DNA of 60,000 bases from Felis catus (Eukaryota): NCBI RefSeq assembly GCF_018350175.1, contig NC_058368.1:73286001-73346000 (forward strand), read 5' to 3'. This document shows positions 47,919-60,000 of the stretch, in pieces. The position numbers and the translations under genes are program-made. The stretch's first letter is position 1. Each line of letters opens with the position of its first letter. The notes beneath the pieces are model-generated. The model was not told the origin of the DNA, made no database searches, and saw only the letters and a program-made list of their open reading frames with translations.

Positions 47919-49799
47919 ACTCAGTTGTTTATTTTAAATAACTGTAATAGCCCATACTTTAAACCACATGGACTGATAATACCACTCGTGCTCAAAGGCA
48001 GAAGTGGATGTACCATGTATATGGCAGGAAATAAGATCAGAAAATCGACAGATTACTACTTAAATCTTTTCCCAACCTGATGACCTACTTCTTTAGCTCT
48101 ACTGTTAAGTATTCTCTGCCCATCAATATAGCAGGAGGTTTTAACTTAATTTTTTTTGTATTCAGTGTGTCTTCAGAATTTAAAAGGACAAATGCTTGTC
48201 CACAGCTTCTAACAGGAGAAGCGGAGTGCGGTGCCCTGCGTCTCCCCTTTCACCACCAATTCCCACTCTCCGAGAGGGAAGTCTTTGATGTTACATTTTC
48301 TTCAGGGTTTTAAGTAACATACCCTTCTTAATTCTTGAATTTTTATCTGTGGAATTAGCAGTGTGGAAGAAGAGAGTTCACTTTCCAGGTCGTTCGTTTC
48401 TGAGAAGTTTCCTGGTATTGTCTCTGGGGTTCTTCCTTCCACTGTTTTTGCTGTTCTTTTATCTGGAATCCTGATGATTGGACATTGGACCTCTTGAATT
48501 GATCTTCCAGTTTTCTTATGTTTTTCCACCCTCATTGCTTGTGTTTGTTTTTTTCCTTCCTGAGAGATTTCTGAGATTTCTTAGTATTCTTTGCTAAGTC
48601 TCACATTGAATATTGTTAATTTTTGCCTATTATTTTTAAATGCAAGTCTGTTCATGTTCACTCAGAGCATATCTTCGTGTCAGGTATACAACATTTTATG
48701 TGGGAATATTGTCTAAATTTTTTTTCTAGTTTCTTCATCCTCTCTTTACTCACCTTCCTCTTCCTCCCATTCTCCTTTCCCCTTTCTCTTCCTTTTTCTT
48801 CACCCCTCCTGTTCCCTCCTCCCTCTTCCCTTTCTCTTCCTCCTCTTCTCCTGCTCTCTCTACCTCTCCCCCTTCCTTGTGCTCTACTTTCTACCTGAGA
48901 GCTTTCCCCCAGCTGTCTAGCTACCCTGGCTGTCTCTTGGTTAACAAGGCACCTAAAGGGGACAAAGGTGCTCTCTGCCTTTGCAGGGCCTTGGGGTGTG
49001 GGTCTCAGTGATGCTATTGTGACAGACTCCAAAGTGGCAGTATATGGCATACTTTTTCCCATTAAGATATGCTCATTTACCTCCAAGAGGACTTGGCCAG
49101 TTCGGCCTGGGGTTTGGGGGAGAGGGAGAGAAGCCTCTCAAGGGCTCATGCCTGGAAAGGTGCCTGGAGAGATCTCTTGCAGACTCTTAAGAATGTCTCA
49201 CCTCTCCGCTCTGCTGTGTGAATCCCTCAAGAAAGCTGACATTTCCATGTCTCTCTGGTTCAACGTCCAGTTGACTGGCTGGTCAGTTTTGGGCAGCACA
49301 TGGGATGTGCAGCAGGTGTCTGATTGTTCCTTATACAGGCTTTCCACCAGTCTTCTTGGTGTTAGCTCTTTATCTGAACACAGAACATACCCACATACAC
49401 GTTCAGCTTGTTTTCTTTCAAGGAAATGCAGGTGTTCAGATACTTTGCAGTGGGCATCAGAAAGAATAGTCGCTGGTATTCTGGCTAGCTCGGATCTCTC
49501 AGAGCTCTTTAGCACACAGTTCTTAGCAACATAGCGAAGTGTTCAGGTTTCTTTGACTTGACCATGCCTTAAGATGAATTAAATAGCTGTATTTCAGCTT
49601 CTTTGAAATCGCCCATAAACTGTTGACAGTTAATGTCTTGCTTTCCCTGTTTGAGATGAACTACTGGTTAAGTGCTTTGAACATTCCAATAATCTCTTTC
49701 TCTAAGGAGGCCATTCCTAGGCCTTCTTGAGAAACTAGTGGTCAGTTACTTTGGAAAGTGACACTCCTATGAGCAAGTAGAGGCAAAAAAGTGAACAGA

Positions 49800-50990
49800 A
49801 GCTTAAAATCTTTTATGATGAAATGTACAGGCATAAAGGAAAGTGCATAAAACACATACGTACAGCTTGATGAATACTGAAGTGGATGCCACTTTATCTG
49901 CTACCCAGATGGGACAAAGAATATGACCACACCTCAGAAGCTTCCTGCATTCTCCCAGATCACAACCTACTTGGACTTTTGTGATGATCATTTCTGTGCT
50001 TTGCTTTATAGTTTTACCACCTCTGTGTGGATACGTGAAATATATTGTTGGTTTTGCCTGTTTGTGGACTTTATATGAATGACCTCATTTGTGTATCATT
50101 TTATATCAGTTGTTTGCAAGATTCTTGCCACTCAAGCCAGGATGTTGTATGTAGTAACGAGTTGTTTAATTTCATTGCTGTTCAAGATACCGAGGTTTGT
50201 ATATACCAGTTCTGTCCACTCCACTGAGGATGAGCTGTTGTTTCCAGTTTAGGAGTCACTAACAGCTCTTCAGAGAACATTCACGTGTATGTATCTTTTG
50301 CACATGTGTGTAGATAACCTCCAGGATGCATACCTAGAATTGCTGAGTCTTAGAGATACAACTTAACTAGGTGATGTCAAACAGATTTTCCAAGTATTTG
50401 CACTAACCTGCATTTCTACTAGCAGTGTGCAAGAAATTTGATAGCTAAACTGGTAACAGTTGGTATTTTTAGGCTAAAATCTTTGCAAATATGTGGGGAA
50501 TCTAGGTGTATCATGTTGTGGTTTTAATTCATATTCTCTAATTACTAATAAGATTGAACTCCTTTTTATATATTGATTAGACATGAGGATTTCCTCTCTT
50601 GGAAAGTACGTGTTCGAGTCCATTTGCCCTCTCTCCCCCAGTGAGTTGTCGTGTTTCTTACTAATTTGCAGAATTTCATATGTATTCTGAGAATCTGTCC
50701 TGTGATGGACTGTGGGTCAGGTGTCTTCTCCCATTCTGTATGTCTGTGTTCACTTTCTGGGCGGTGTCCTTTGAGAGCTAGAAGCCGTTAAATTTAATGT
50801 ATTTGGATATTAGTCTTTGCCTTTTTGATTAGGGTTTTTCATGTCTTAATGACCTTTGCATGTCCTTCCTGACCCCAAGATCAAGAAGGTATTCTCCTCT
50901 ACTATTTTCTAAAAACTTTTGCCATGTTTCTTTTCCTATTCTAGAATTCAGCTGGTATTGATTTTAGGCTGTATCTGTTTTTCCATCTGA
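49800..50990 (-). mobile_element. Old L1 (L1ME-like) 3' region
   Basis: cctgtttgtggactttatatgaatg; gttgtggttttaattcatattctctaattactaat; gaccccaagatcaagaaggtattctcct. Confidence 0.75.
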
Positions 50991-51222
50991 AGACCAGTTG
51001 CTATAATCTCCCCACAAATTTTCAGTGTTGCCTTTTACTTTGCAACCTTCACAGTGGGGTGATACAGCTTCAAAGTCTCACTTCCAATTCTCTGTGTCCT
51101 TTGGATGTTTTTTTCCTCATTTTCCTTATTCTAACTTTAGTAGCCATTTGGAAGGGAGCATAGTGCTTTTTAAAATTTACCACATTTAACTTGAAGTCAG
51201 TCTTTAAATCATCAATATTTAT

Positions 51223-51227
<5 letters not shown>

Positions 51228-51272
<45 letters not shown>
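51228..51272. repeat. (TA)22 microsatellite
   Basis: Read directly. Confidence 0.97.
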
Positions 51273-51275
<3 letters not shown>

Positions 51276-51549
51276 AAAAAGCCCAGGCCTAGTGAATCAC
51301 TTGGCCAAATGTGGCACCATATTTAGATGCAGTGATAGCTGGCAAGACCATGAGGCTGACAAAGGCTGACAGAGTTTGAAGTTAAAAAAAAAAAAAAAAA
51401 TGGGACATTAACACTTATGATGACATTTGGCTTGTTAAGGAAATGTTCAATTCATTAGGCATCCCCTTAAAAGAGTCAGGGAAAAGAGGTGTAATTAGTA
51501 ATCAAAGAGATTCTGTTTCTCTTATGAAAATGATCTTATTCCATTGCAG

Positions 51550-51874
51550 TGTTAACCTTAAAATAAAACTGCCAGTTGTTTACCAGCAAAAGTGGGTTTA
51601 TTCCAGAATAGCAGAGAACTGCAATCCAGAATGAGCAGCCTTTGGCAAAATCGTAGACAAGTCCCCAGAACAAAGGAGAGGACTGCTATTTCATATAGAG
51701 GAAAGAGGCGAAGGCAGGAGGCCTGGTGGACACGAAGCGCCCCTTGCAGTAAACTGCCTCCTGCCTGGATGGGAAAGTCTGTGCACCCGCGAGGTCCCCC
51801 TCCATGAGTGGTAGTGCATGAGAGCACCCCCTGCTGGCCGCCTGACTCCATGCGAGCAGGTCTCTAGTTCAACA
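51550..51874 (-). mobile_element. ERV1-type solo LTR
   Basis: TGTT...AACA termini, 4-bp flanks gcag/gtag, antisense AATAAA near the left end (tttatt ~51597). Confidence 0.7.
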
Positions 51875-53570
51875 GTAGTTACCATGTAATAAAACCATTT
51901 TAAAGAAACCACTTAAGTGGTCAAAATATAAAGCTTGGATTCTTAAAAGAGACCAAAAATAAGTTCATGTGTATAAAATACTCAAATAGGCAAAATGACA
52001 TACTCCATAATTGCTTCATAGGATAAAGTTAGCTTTACTCAAATTTGGTTAACTCTAGATAGCAGAACTGTGATTATAACATTTATGATTTTTGTAGTTG
52101 AATTTTTAATAAATAACCAGTCTGCCTTTACTGTGAGGAAAATACATAGTAGTGATTTGAAAAGTATCTGGTTGTGTGGACACTGCAGATTTTGGTCTCA
52201 TTTATGATTAAATATAAATTATGTCTATTATTTTTATTGCGTTACATATATTGTAAGTAATTGTGGTTAAATACGTGTTCGCACCTGTTTATCTTGCTGT
52301 TATTCCAGTCAGTCACTCCGTTTAATCCTTCGGCATTTCACGGCCTTTTATAATCTCCTTGTGCGAGAAGTTGCCACTAGCCTAGGGTTACAAGACCTGT
52401 GTAGTGGGACACCTGTGATGAAATAGTGTTTGAATTTGCCAGCGAGGGATTACTTTTTTTGTTGTTGCAACACTGTATTGTTGTGATGTCAAGGGCTGCT
52501 GCAGGAACATTAAGAGTTAAGAATTCCTGTTCTCTAAAAGAGATTGGTAAATTGTGAAAGAAAAGCACCAGTTTATATGCCATCATATACTCCAGACATC
52601 CATTCGATTCAGAAATGTTTACTGACATATGCGGGCTTTTAAAAAGTCGATCTTTGAAGTGCTGTGAATGGTGGGTTTTTTCCTCTATTCAGTCGTGAGA
52701 AAATTTCATCCAAAAGTTTCTTTCCTGGGGACTAACTTGATGAGGGACCAGGGGTGAGCCAGTTACAGATAACTACCCGAGTGAGAACTCATGAGTCAGC
52801 CAACTCTGGGTGGTTGATAGTTCAACCTCGTGTTTTATACACATTTGAAAGCTGTTTTTGATGACCGGGGGTCCTGTGATTACAAAGAGAGTGAACATTC
52901 CACATGTTCTTGATTGACATTTGAAGTTAGTTGGTGTTCAGTGTATTTGTGCAAATCATAAGGTGGAGATTATTAATTTTTTTCCTTTTACACACCAGGA
53001 AGTAGGAACCTGTGGGTCCACTCTGGTTAGTGGTAGAGTTTGGATTCACAGCCAGGTTTATCTTTACACTGGATGTTTTGGTCTCCATGATAGAGCTAGA
53101 TTCTAGCTTTCTTTTCAGCCTTCCTGTGGTTTGGGCAAGCAGTGTGATTTCTTTTTGTTTCTTTGCTTTTTCCATTTGTACACTGGGCATGCTGTTTACA
53201 TCATTCTGTTAATTAGAGGCTTTAAGTGTTATTTTTAAATACTTTGAGATATTTAGAAAGACTATTATAAGATGTTCTATATAATTAATGTAATCTTATA
53301 TAACTTTTTTCTTAAAGAGCTCATTTTAAGTATCTAGGCATTATCCCTGTTGATTGTAGAGAATGCAGTTCTTAACAGGAAATCTAAGCATGGAGAGGGT
53401 CTGTTAACTGCTCTTCTTTGCCCCTAGTTGGGCAGTAAGTAGGTCTGAGAAGGGAGGGAGAGGTGAGGTTTCCTTGATGCTTGAGAACTAAAGATTGTAG
53501 CAGTTTAATAAGGTAGCTTATGTTGAAAGCACTTTATAGACCATGAAACATTGTGATTCAAAGGTATCTT

Positions 53571-53755
53571 GGGGCGCCTGGGTGGCTCAGTGGGTTAGGT
53601 GCCCAACTCTTGATTTCAGGTCAGGTCATGATCTCACAGTGGTGGGATTGAGCCCTGTGTGGAGCTCTGGTCTGAGCATGGAGCCTGCTTAGGATTCTCT
53701 CTCTCTTCCTCTGCCCCTCTTCCTTGCCCCTGCTTTCTCTCTAGAAAGAAAAAGA
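53571..53755 (+). mobile_element. Can-SINE in TPP2 intron 2 (sense)
   Basis: ggggcgcctgggtggctcag head; diverged TSD aaag(g/a)ta. Confidence 0.9.
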
Positions 53756-53971
53756 AAGATACCCTGAGTGAAACATACTACTTATGAATGAGAAAAACTC
53801 CAGAGAGATATTAAGTGGCATCTTAGAATATGAGAAATATTGCTCTAATACACAACCTTGCTTATCCAAGTTGAGCCATTAGGATAGAAGTGAAATAACC
53901 TTTCTCTCCAGTAGTAAATCATTGGAATTGGGAAGCATTTAGTGAGTCAACAATTTGCTCTTTTTCTATAG

Positions 53972-54067
53972 ATTCCTGTGAGCTGGATAAATCCCTCAGG
54001 CAAATATCATATTGGCATTAAAAATGGCTATGACTTCTATCCAAAGGCGCTCAAGGAAAGGATACAG
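53972..54067 (+). CDS. TPP2: TPP2 coding exon 3 (aa 99-130)
   Basis: Acceptor tttttctatag, donor CAG/gtaatg; 96 nt; [32 protein letters not shown]. Confidence 0.97.
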
Positions 54068-54236
54068 GTAATGTCCAGTCTAGAATCAATGACTTCTTCC
54101 TCAAATTTTTTTCCTACTGAAGAAAAAAATTTTTCATAAGATCCTGTTAACTCTTAATTATTGTGGAGACCGGGAGCCTTTCAGACAATGACTGCTTAAA
54201 GGTTCTGGTCAGTGGAATGTTACCCATTTAAAGTCA

Positions 54237-54360
54237 CCATTCTTAATCTTGGATACATGGCTAAGTTTAGAGAATGTTGTGAATACATTGAAATTCAAGT
54301 TTTTGTATATTTGTGTTTTTCTGGGAGTTCAAATATAGCTTTCATTGGAGTTTTGAAGGA

Positions 54361-54392
<32 letters not shown>

Positions 54393-54412
54393 TCCAAAAG
54401 GCTAAAGACTGT
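54237..54412 (+). mobile_element. Charlie4z-like DNA transposon fragment
   Basis: ttcttaatcttggatacatgg...tttttctggga...atagctttcattgga...caaaaggctaaagactg. Confidence 0.5.
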
Positions 54413-54649
54413 TTAAAGTTGATTTAAAGCCCTGGCCGACTTATTTATTCCTGGTCCTGTAGCTTCTATGATAATTTGTCCCATTTTTCTTAACCGTTTA
54501 ACTAGGCTTCTTGATCCCAGTTAGTCATCATTCAGTACTAAGAAAAAAAGGGTTGCTCAGACCAAAGCAGCTAAAGCGTGGAAAACACAAGTCTGTCATT
54601 AGAGAAATAAGAATTGCAAATTGAAGAAGGAGGAGTCTGCTTTAAAACG

Positions 54650-54830
54650 GAGCTACTGAGTAAATCTTTCTGTGATGATGGAAGTGTTCAGCATCTGTCC
54701 ATCATGGCAGCCACTGGCCACAAGTAGCTGTCGAGAACTTGAAATGTGACTAGTAGGAAAATTTAATTTTATGTAATATTTTAAAATTTAAATCTAAGTA
54801 GCAACACATGGCTCCCATATTTGCCAGTAC
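54650..54830. mobile_element. MER3-like DNA transposon
   Basis: tgatgatggaagtgttc...ctgtccatcatggcagccactggccaca...acttgaaatgtgactagt. Confidence 0.75.
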
Positions 54831-55832
54831 CACTTTATTAGATTGCTATAATACTGGTAGCTGATACAGGTGCAGAGTTGCAACTGCAAAAGAAGATGTG
54901 ATCCTTGAAAATGAGCCTGATGGGTAAGACCTATGGAACGTTTCATCTCATCATAGCATTGTAATTTGCTTCTCCAGGGGGTCTGTGAACCATAAGAACT
55001 ACTCAGCATGTTGCATATATAACCTTTACATATTTGATTCTCATCGTTCTGCAAAAAATAAAGTTACAAAAAATGCATATAACTTACTGGATACTAATTT
55101 ATTTTAAAATTTCAGGCTGAAATACACATAACGGTATTATGCACTATCTTAAATTTAATCAGTTGTATCAATAAGATGCAAATTAACATGCAGATATAGA
55201 GTAAGTTAATTTCAACCCCCTCCTTAGCTCAGTGGAGTTGATTGTTTTACTGGAAAGGATTTTTTTTTTTTAACTAGCAGACCTCCACTGGGTGGCACTA
55301 TGGGTTAAAGACAGCAGAGATGAAGGTGAGACCAATTTCAGTAACAAAGAACCCTGTCAAATCCAAGACAGGAAAAAAACAAGCCAGGAAGGGAGGAAGT
55401 CTAGGAAGCCTGCATGTCCCTCTTGCGGCCAGTCTTACTCTTGTGCTCCGCCTGCATGGCTTAAAGCAGTCCTCAGTTCCCTAAGGGCCAGCGTGTAGTA
55501 TTTGCTTTTATTGTAAATGCCTGGGAATTCGGTTTTTTTACCTGACATGCTGTTATTAATCCTTGGATGGGCTGAAATTGGGACATACGATGTTATCAAA
55601 ATACATTTGGTTGTGCCGTGGTAAATGTGTTCTCTTAAAACCCACGTGTAGTGAATAGTTTTAGTAATTGACCCATTGCTTTATCAACTTGATGCTAAAT
55701 GATTTTTTTAGCCTCTGTGTGAAAATTGTGTACCATCACAACTGATAACAATTAGGTCCATATATAAATGACTGGCTAGGTTTACCTGGATATTTGTCAA
55801 CCTCGTTGTAAGGTAACTTTTCTGTCTTGCAG

Positions 55833-55937
55833 AAAGAACGGAAGGAAAAAATCTGGGATCCTGTTCACAGGGTGGCCCTTGCAGAAGCCTGTAGAAAACA
55901 AGAAGAATTTGATGTTGCCAACAATTGCCCTTCTCAA
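55833..55937 (+). CDS. TPP2: TPP2 coding exon 4 (aa 131-165)
   Basis: Acceptor tctgtcttgcag, donor CAA/gttggt; 105 nt; [35 protein letters not shown], in frame with exon 5. Confidence 0.95.
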
Positions 55938-56402
55938 GTTGGTGCCAGTGGCTTTTATTTACACGTTACCACAGAACCATAGTTCAGTTCTCAGAGAATC
56001 GGCAGACTTTTTTCCACAAGTTTTAAATTGTTTAATTTTAGTAATTTTTCTTTTATTCTTAAATCAATTTACACATTTATTTTTCACAACTTCTCATGAA
56101 TTACCACAAATTGAACACTCCCTTCCATACCTCTTCCTAATCATTACTCCCTTCCTCCTCCAAAAGCAACCACCATTGCCTGTTTTAAATTTGCAGAATG
56201 GAATCATACAGTGTGTCCTTTTACACGTCACTACTTTCAGTCAGTGTTATGTTTGTGACATTCATCCATGTGTGAGTGTGGAAGGAGTTTGTTCACTTCT
56301 CTTGCTTATGATGGATGCACCACAATTCATGCGTGCATTCTGCAGATCAATACTTTGTTTTCAGTTCTTGGCTCTTGTGGAAGATGCTGTTTTGAACATT
56401 CT

Positions 56403-56480
56403 CGCGTGCATGTCTTTGGTGGGTCGTAGAGGGGTAGTAGCCGCATGCATGTCTTTGGTGGGTCGTAAAGGGGTAGTTCC
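56403..56480. repeat. 39-bp tandem duplication
   Basis: cgc(g/a)tgcatgtctttggtgggtcgta(g/a)aggggtagt.. present twice. Confidence 0.92.
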
Positions 56481-56769
56481 AGTTCATATTCCCGCAAGAA
56501 GGGTATGAGAGCTCTCATTATTTCACATCGTTAAATAGCTGTTACATTTCTTTTAATCAGTTAATAAAATAAAGATAATGTCTTGGTTTATAAGGAAAAC
56601 AATACGTGCTAGTTGCAGAAACTTTTGGATAACACGGGTGTGTAAAGTAATAAGCAAGAGCTTCCAAAGTGCCACTCCTCAGGGGTGATACCAACAACCT
56701 GATGTTTATCCTTCTGAATCTTTCTTTTAATGCATACATGTACCTTTTCTTAATCAAAAGTGGAATGGT

Positions 56770-56920
56770 ATTGGTGGTTGTCAGCCCTGGCTGCAGATTA
56801 GAATCACATGAAGAGCTTTGTGCCCTAGAGAGGAATTAAAGCCTTGGAGGAAGGCTGACATTTTTTAAAGCTCCCTGGAGCTTTAATTAATGTGCAGTTA
56901 GGGGCGAGGACAACTGGCCT
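56770..56920. mobile_element. MER5-family DNA transposon
   Basis: gtggttgtcagccctggctgcagattagaatcac...ttttaaagctccc...aatgtgcag...gaggacaactg. Confidence 0.7.
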
Positions 56921-57898
56921 CAATAGATCTACGTACACATTTAACTTGCATTTACTTAATCTGTGTACAGCATCCCCTTTAATTGGGTAATTCACCCTCT
57001 TTAGCTGCAGTATTTTCTGTTAGGTCACTGTTTGTCCTTCAGCCTCTTACTAGTCACATTAAGTGTTGTACTTCAGGCAGTATGCATATCAAGTCAACTT
57101 TATAAAAGGAGGGATCTAGATTTAATTATCCATTTGATTTTGTTTACCAACAATGTCTGTATAATTGTTTTTTTTTCCTTTAAGGAGGAGTAAATGTTGA
57201 ATATATTGAATAACTAAAAATGAAGCGTAACCAGATTTTTGGAACATATGGAAATTACATTTTAATTCAGTAGGACTGTTCAGGTGAATGTAGAGCAGTC
57301 TAATGTAGTACGTAGTTTAAACAAAAATAGTTGGCGTGTGACAGTTCTCATGGTGATGGATCAGAATGGTTAAATAGCTTATCTGTACAAGGTCAGGAAT
57401 ATAGTATGTGTTTAGCATGTTCTAAAAGACAGAAGGTAATTTGTGGTTTCTCTTATTTATTTGGATTCTTAAACAGATTTCAATGGAAACAATCCTGATT
57501 CAAAAAAAAATCTAAAGGTCAATAGATAACCTATTTTATAGCAATTTTAGAGTTAATTTTGGAAATTAGTTGTGCAGATTATAGATACGTGATTAACATA
57601 AGTCTTGGTCAAATGATACCATCAACATGGAACACTGTGTCTTTCCCAAAGCAGATGGAATAAATAAATGAGAGATTGACTAAAAGAAGTATTATTTTTA
57701 AAGTATTCAATATATTAATTAATATCTGCATCACTAAATTGAACTACAAGTTGCATAGATATAAAAAAATTTCTTACATTTTTCCAGAGTAAAATGGCTT
57801 TCCTGTTGGTCACACGGTGTCTTTGGTTACATGTTAATATGTTGTGTGTTTCAAGAGCACAAAATGTACTAATATTAATATATGTTCTTATTGATTAG

Positions 57899-58023
57899 GC
57901 AAATAAACTAATCAAGGAGGAACTTCAAAGTCAAGTGGAATTGCTAAATTCTTTTGAGAAAAAATATAGTGATCCTGGCCCTGTGTATGACTGCTTGGTG
58001 TGGCATGATGGTGAAGCCTGGAG
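57899..58023 (+). CDS. TPP2: TPP2 coding exon 5 (aa 166-207, last codon split); gene continues beyond window
   Basis: Acceptor ttattgattag, donor GAG/gtaaac; 125 nt; [41 protein letters not shown](R). Confidence 0.96.
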
Positions 58024-60000
58024 GTAAACGTCATGTATTACATAGATCTTCACTTAAAGCTGTTTTTATCTACTCTGAAGAACATTAAATTCTCAGAACC
58101 GTCCAGAGAATTGGTTTAAATGACATAAATATCCCTCAGCAAAACTGTTGGAGAGCCGAATTGGCTTTCGGGTAGTTTTGGATAAGCTCTTTGAACTTCT
58201 TGGTATTTTAGGTGCTAAACCTGTCCCTTGTGTGTTTTAAAGAAGCTTGTTTCATTAACCAGACAGTAACTTAACCAGATAATAGTAGGTTAATCATTGG
58301 TAGACACAGAAATGTTCCTGACCAGAGCTAGGCAGTTTGGGAAGTAACTGCAAGAGAATACTAGATACAGAACTGAGCGTATGTGGGAAATATTAGACAG
58401 GGACTTAAGGAAATATTCTAATATTAGCAGGGATGGGGTAGTGGGACAATAGGTGGTTCAGTTCCAATGTTTCCTGCATGTACTGAAAACACTGCCAACT
58501 TTGTCCTGAGGAAAATATGTTTCCAAGGTCCTTAAGGCAGTCGACAAAGGAAGGGATCCATGCAACGGTTTGTCGACATTATTCTAAGACAGCTTTTAGA
58601 ATTTTTGCGTTGGAGATGAAACTTAGAGGAAATAAAATCTGAAGTCACTGGAGTAACACTTCAGAAAATGTTATAATTAATGAAAAATGCAGCAGAATTG
58701 TGGTTTCAGGTGCTACTGGAAATAATTTTTCTGATTGCATCGTACCGTACACCGTGTAGGGCTTCGCTTCCCTGCCCCATCTCAGGGTTAGACACAGAAT
58801 TTTTTGAGGAGAATCTTAGAGACCCCAAATTACCTAAGGCGAATCTTGGCACTGTCATTTCAAAAATGCCGGCCACTGACTAAGGTCACTTAAAGTGACC
58901 TTAAGTGCCTTGGTTTTTGTTTCTACAGACTGTCAAATCTGCCCTCCTCCTGCCACGCTTCCACTGTTGAACCCATATCACTACCCTTAGCAGGGAACCC
59001 AATAGAACCATACTCTTAAGTATTCTTCAGGATGTACAGGGTCAAACTCAGTCACTCTCTGTTGAGAAAACTGTTTACAGAAGATTACTTGAAGGAAAGA
59101 ACTGTTAGTTGGTTTCTTTTCAGTGGTTTTTGACCTTGTTTTCTCAGGTTTCCTTTGAGTTGGATGAAAGCTGTCACTTTTTTCATAGAGGATAGGATGA
59201 AGAAATGTATTAAAAATGTCCAGGAATTTTTAACCCATGCCCCCTTTCCTGCCCCCCACCTCCCACAAGTACTCTAATCCTATCCGTGAACCTCATCTCC
59301 ATGTTCCCTTTCTGGTATGCTAACACCTGTTCGTTGAACTGAGCCAACCACCTTCAGAAAGTTATACCCTGCACCAATATGCATACTTGGCCTCTGTGGA
59401 ATTACTTAGGGGAGTCACTCAGTTTTATGTTGATATTTTGATATGGTGCTTGAAGTGTTGAGTCACTGCATGTTGACGGTGGTTACAAGAAACTGATTTT
59501 TGGAATGTGTCACTGTATTTGCTATGAGAATGTTGTCAAAGATGTTGATTCATTCATTCTTTCATCATTGGGCAAATATTTGAGTACTTTTCTTCGTGCC
59601 AGGTAGACTCTAAAGAAGCTATTCCGTAGACTCTAGACTCTGTGAAAGCCAGTGTGAGAACATCTGAGCCCGTCCAGGAAGCATCAAGAAAGATTTTATT
59701 GAAGGATCAGCTCAAGTTAGCAGACAGGGAAGGGGCAGGGGTTAAAGGTCCAGAAAAAGGTCCAGAGGAGATGGAGAGACTTCAGGGATGTAGAATGTTT
59801 CATGGGCCGGATGAAAATGGGACAGGACTTCCGAGATGATTGCCGGGATGGAGAACTGGCCAGTTACATCTGTAACTTTTAAGAACCCAGGTGTTACTGT
59901 TTTGGCAAATAGGATTTGGTGGCATACGTTTTACCTGTTGACCTCAGTCCAGATTCCATTTGACATGCTACTTGTTTCCTGCTTGCTCATTTCCATTAGT

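Noticed and set aside
48623..49534. ORFs of 91-188 aa in intron 2
   Set aside because: Driven by a polypyrimidine tract and probable old L1 sequence; no homology recognised.
55879..56508. 209-aa ORF overlapping exon 4
   Set aside because: TTG start, out of frame with TPP2, runs through T-rich antisense L1-like intron sequence; no recognisable domain.
58024..60000. TPP2 exon 6
   Set aside because: The expected continuation (ACIDS...) was not found; it presumably lies beyond the window.

Overview
Mammalian (felid, cat-family) genomic DNA, identified by abundant felid-type tRNA-derived Can-SINEs (SINEC_Fc-like) and carnivore L1 3' ends. Positions ~1-37,300 are repeat-dense intergenic sequence (L1, Can-SINE, MIR, L2, MaLR LTRs, hAT-Charlie DNA transposons, microsatellites), with no protein-coding gene I can support. 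A CpG island at ~37.35-38.8 kb holds the promoter and first coding exon of TPP2 (tripeptidyl-peptidase II, subtilisin-like S8 protease, + strand). Coding exons 1-5 are present with GT-AG boundaries (620 coding nt, including catalytic Asp44), and the gene continues past the window end. I found no evidence of a novel multi-gene system. The most unusual observations are local: a perfect 45-bp inverted repeat enclosing a SINE, a perfect 36-bp palindrome, template-switch-like micro-rearrangements, several CTCF-like motifs (two inside transposons), twin ERSE-like/NF-Y elements in the TPP2 promoter, and a perfect nuclear-receptor IR7 palindrome in intron 5. Repeat family names come from recalled consensus features, and repeat boundaries are approximate unless a TSD is quoted.
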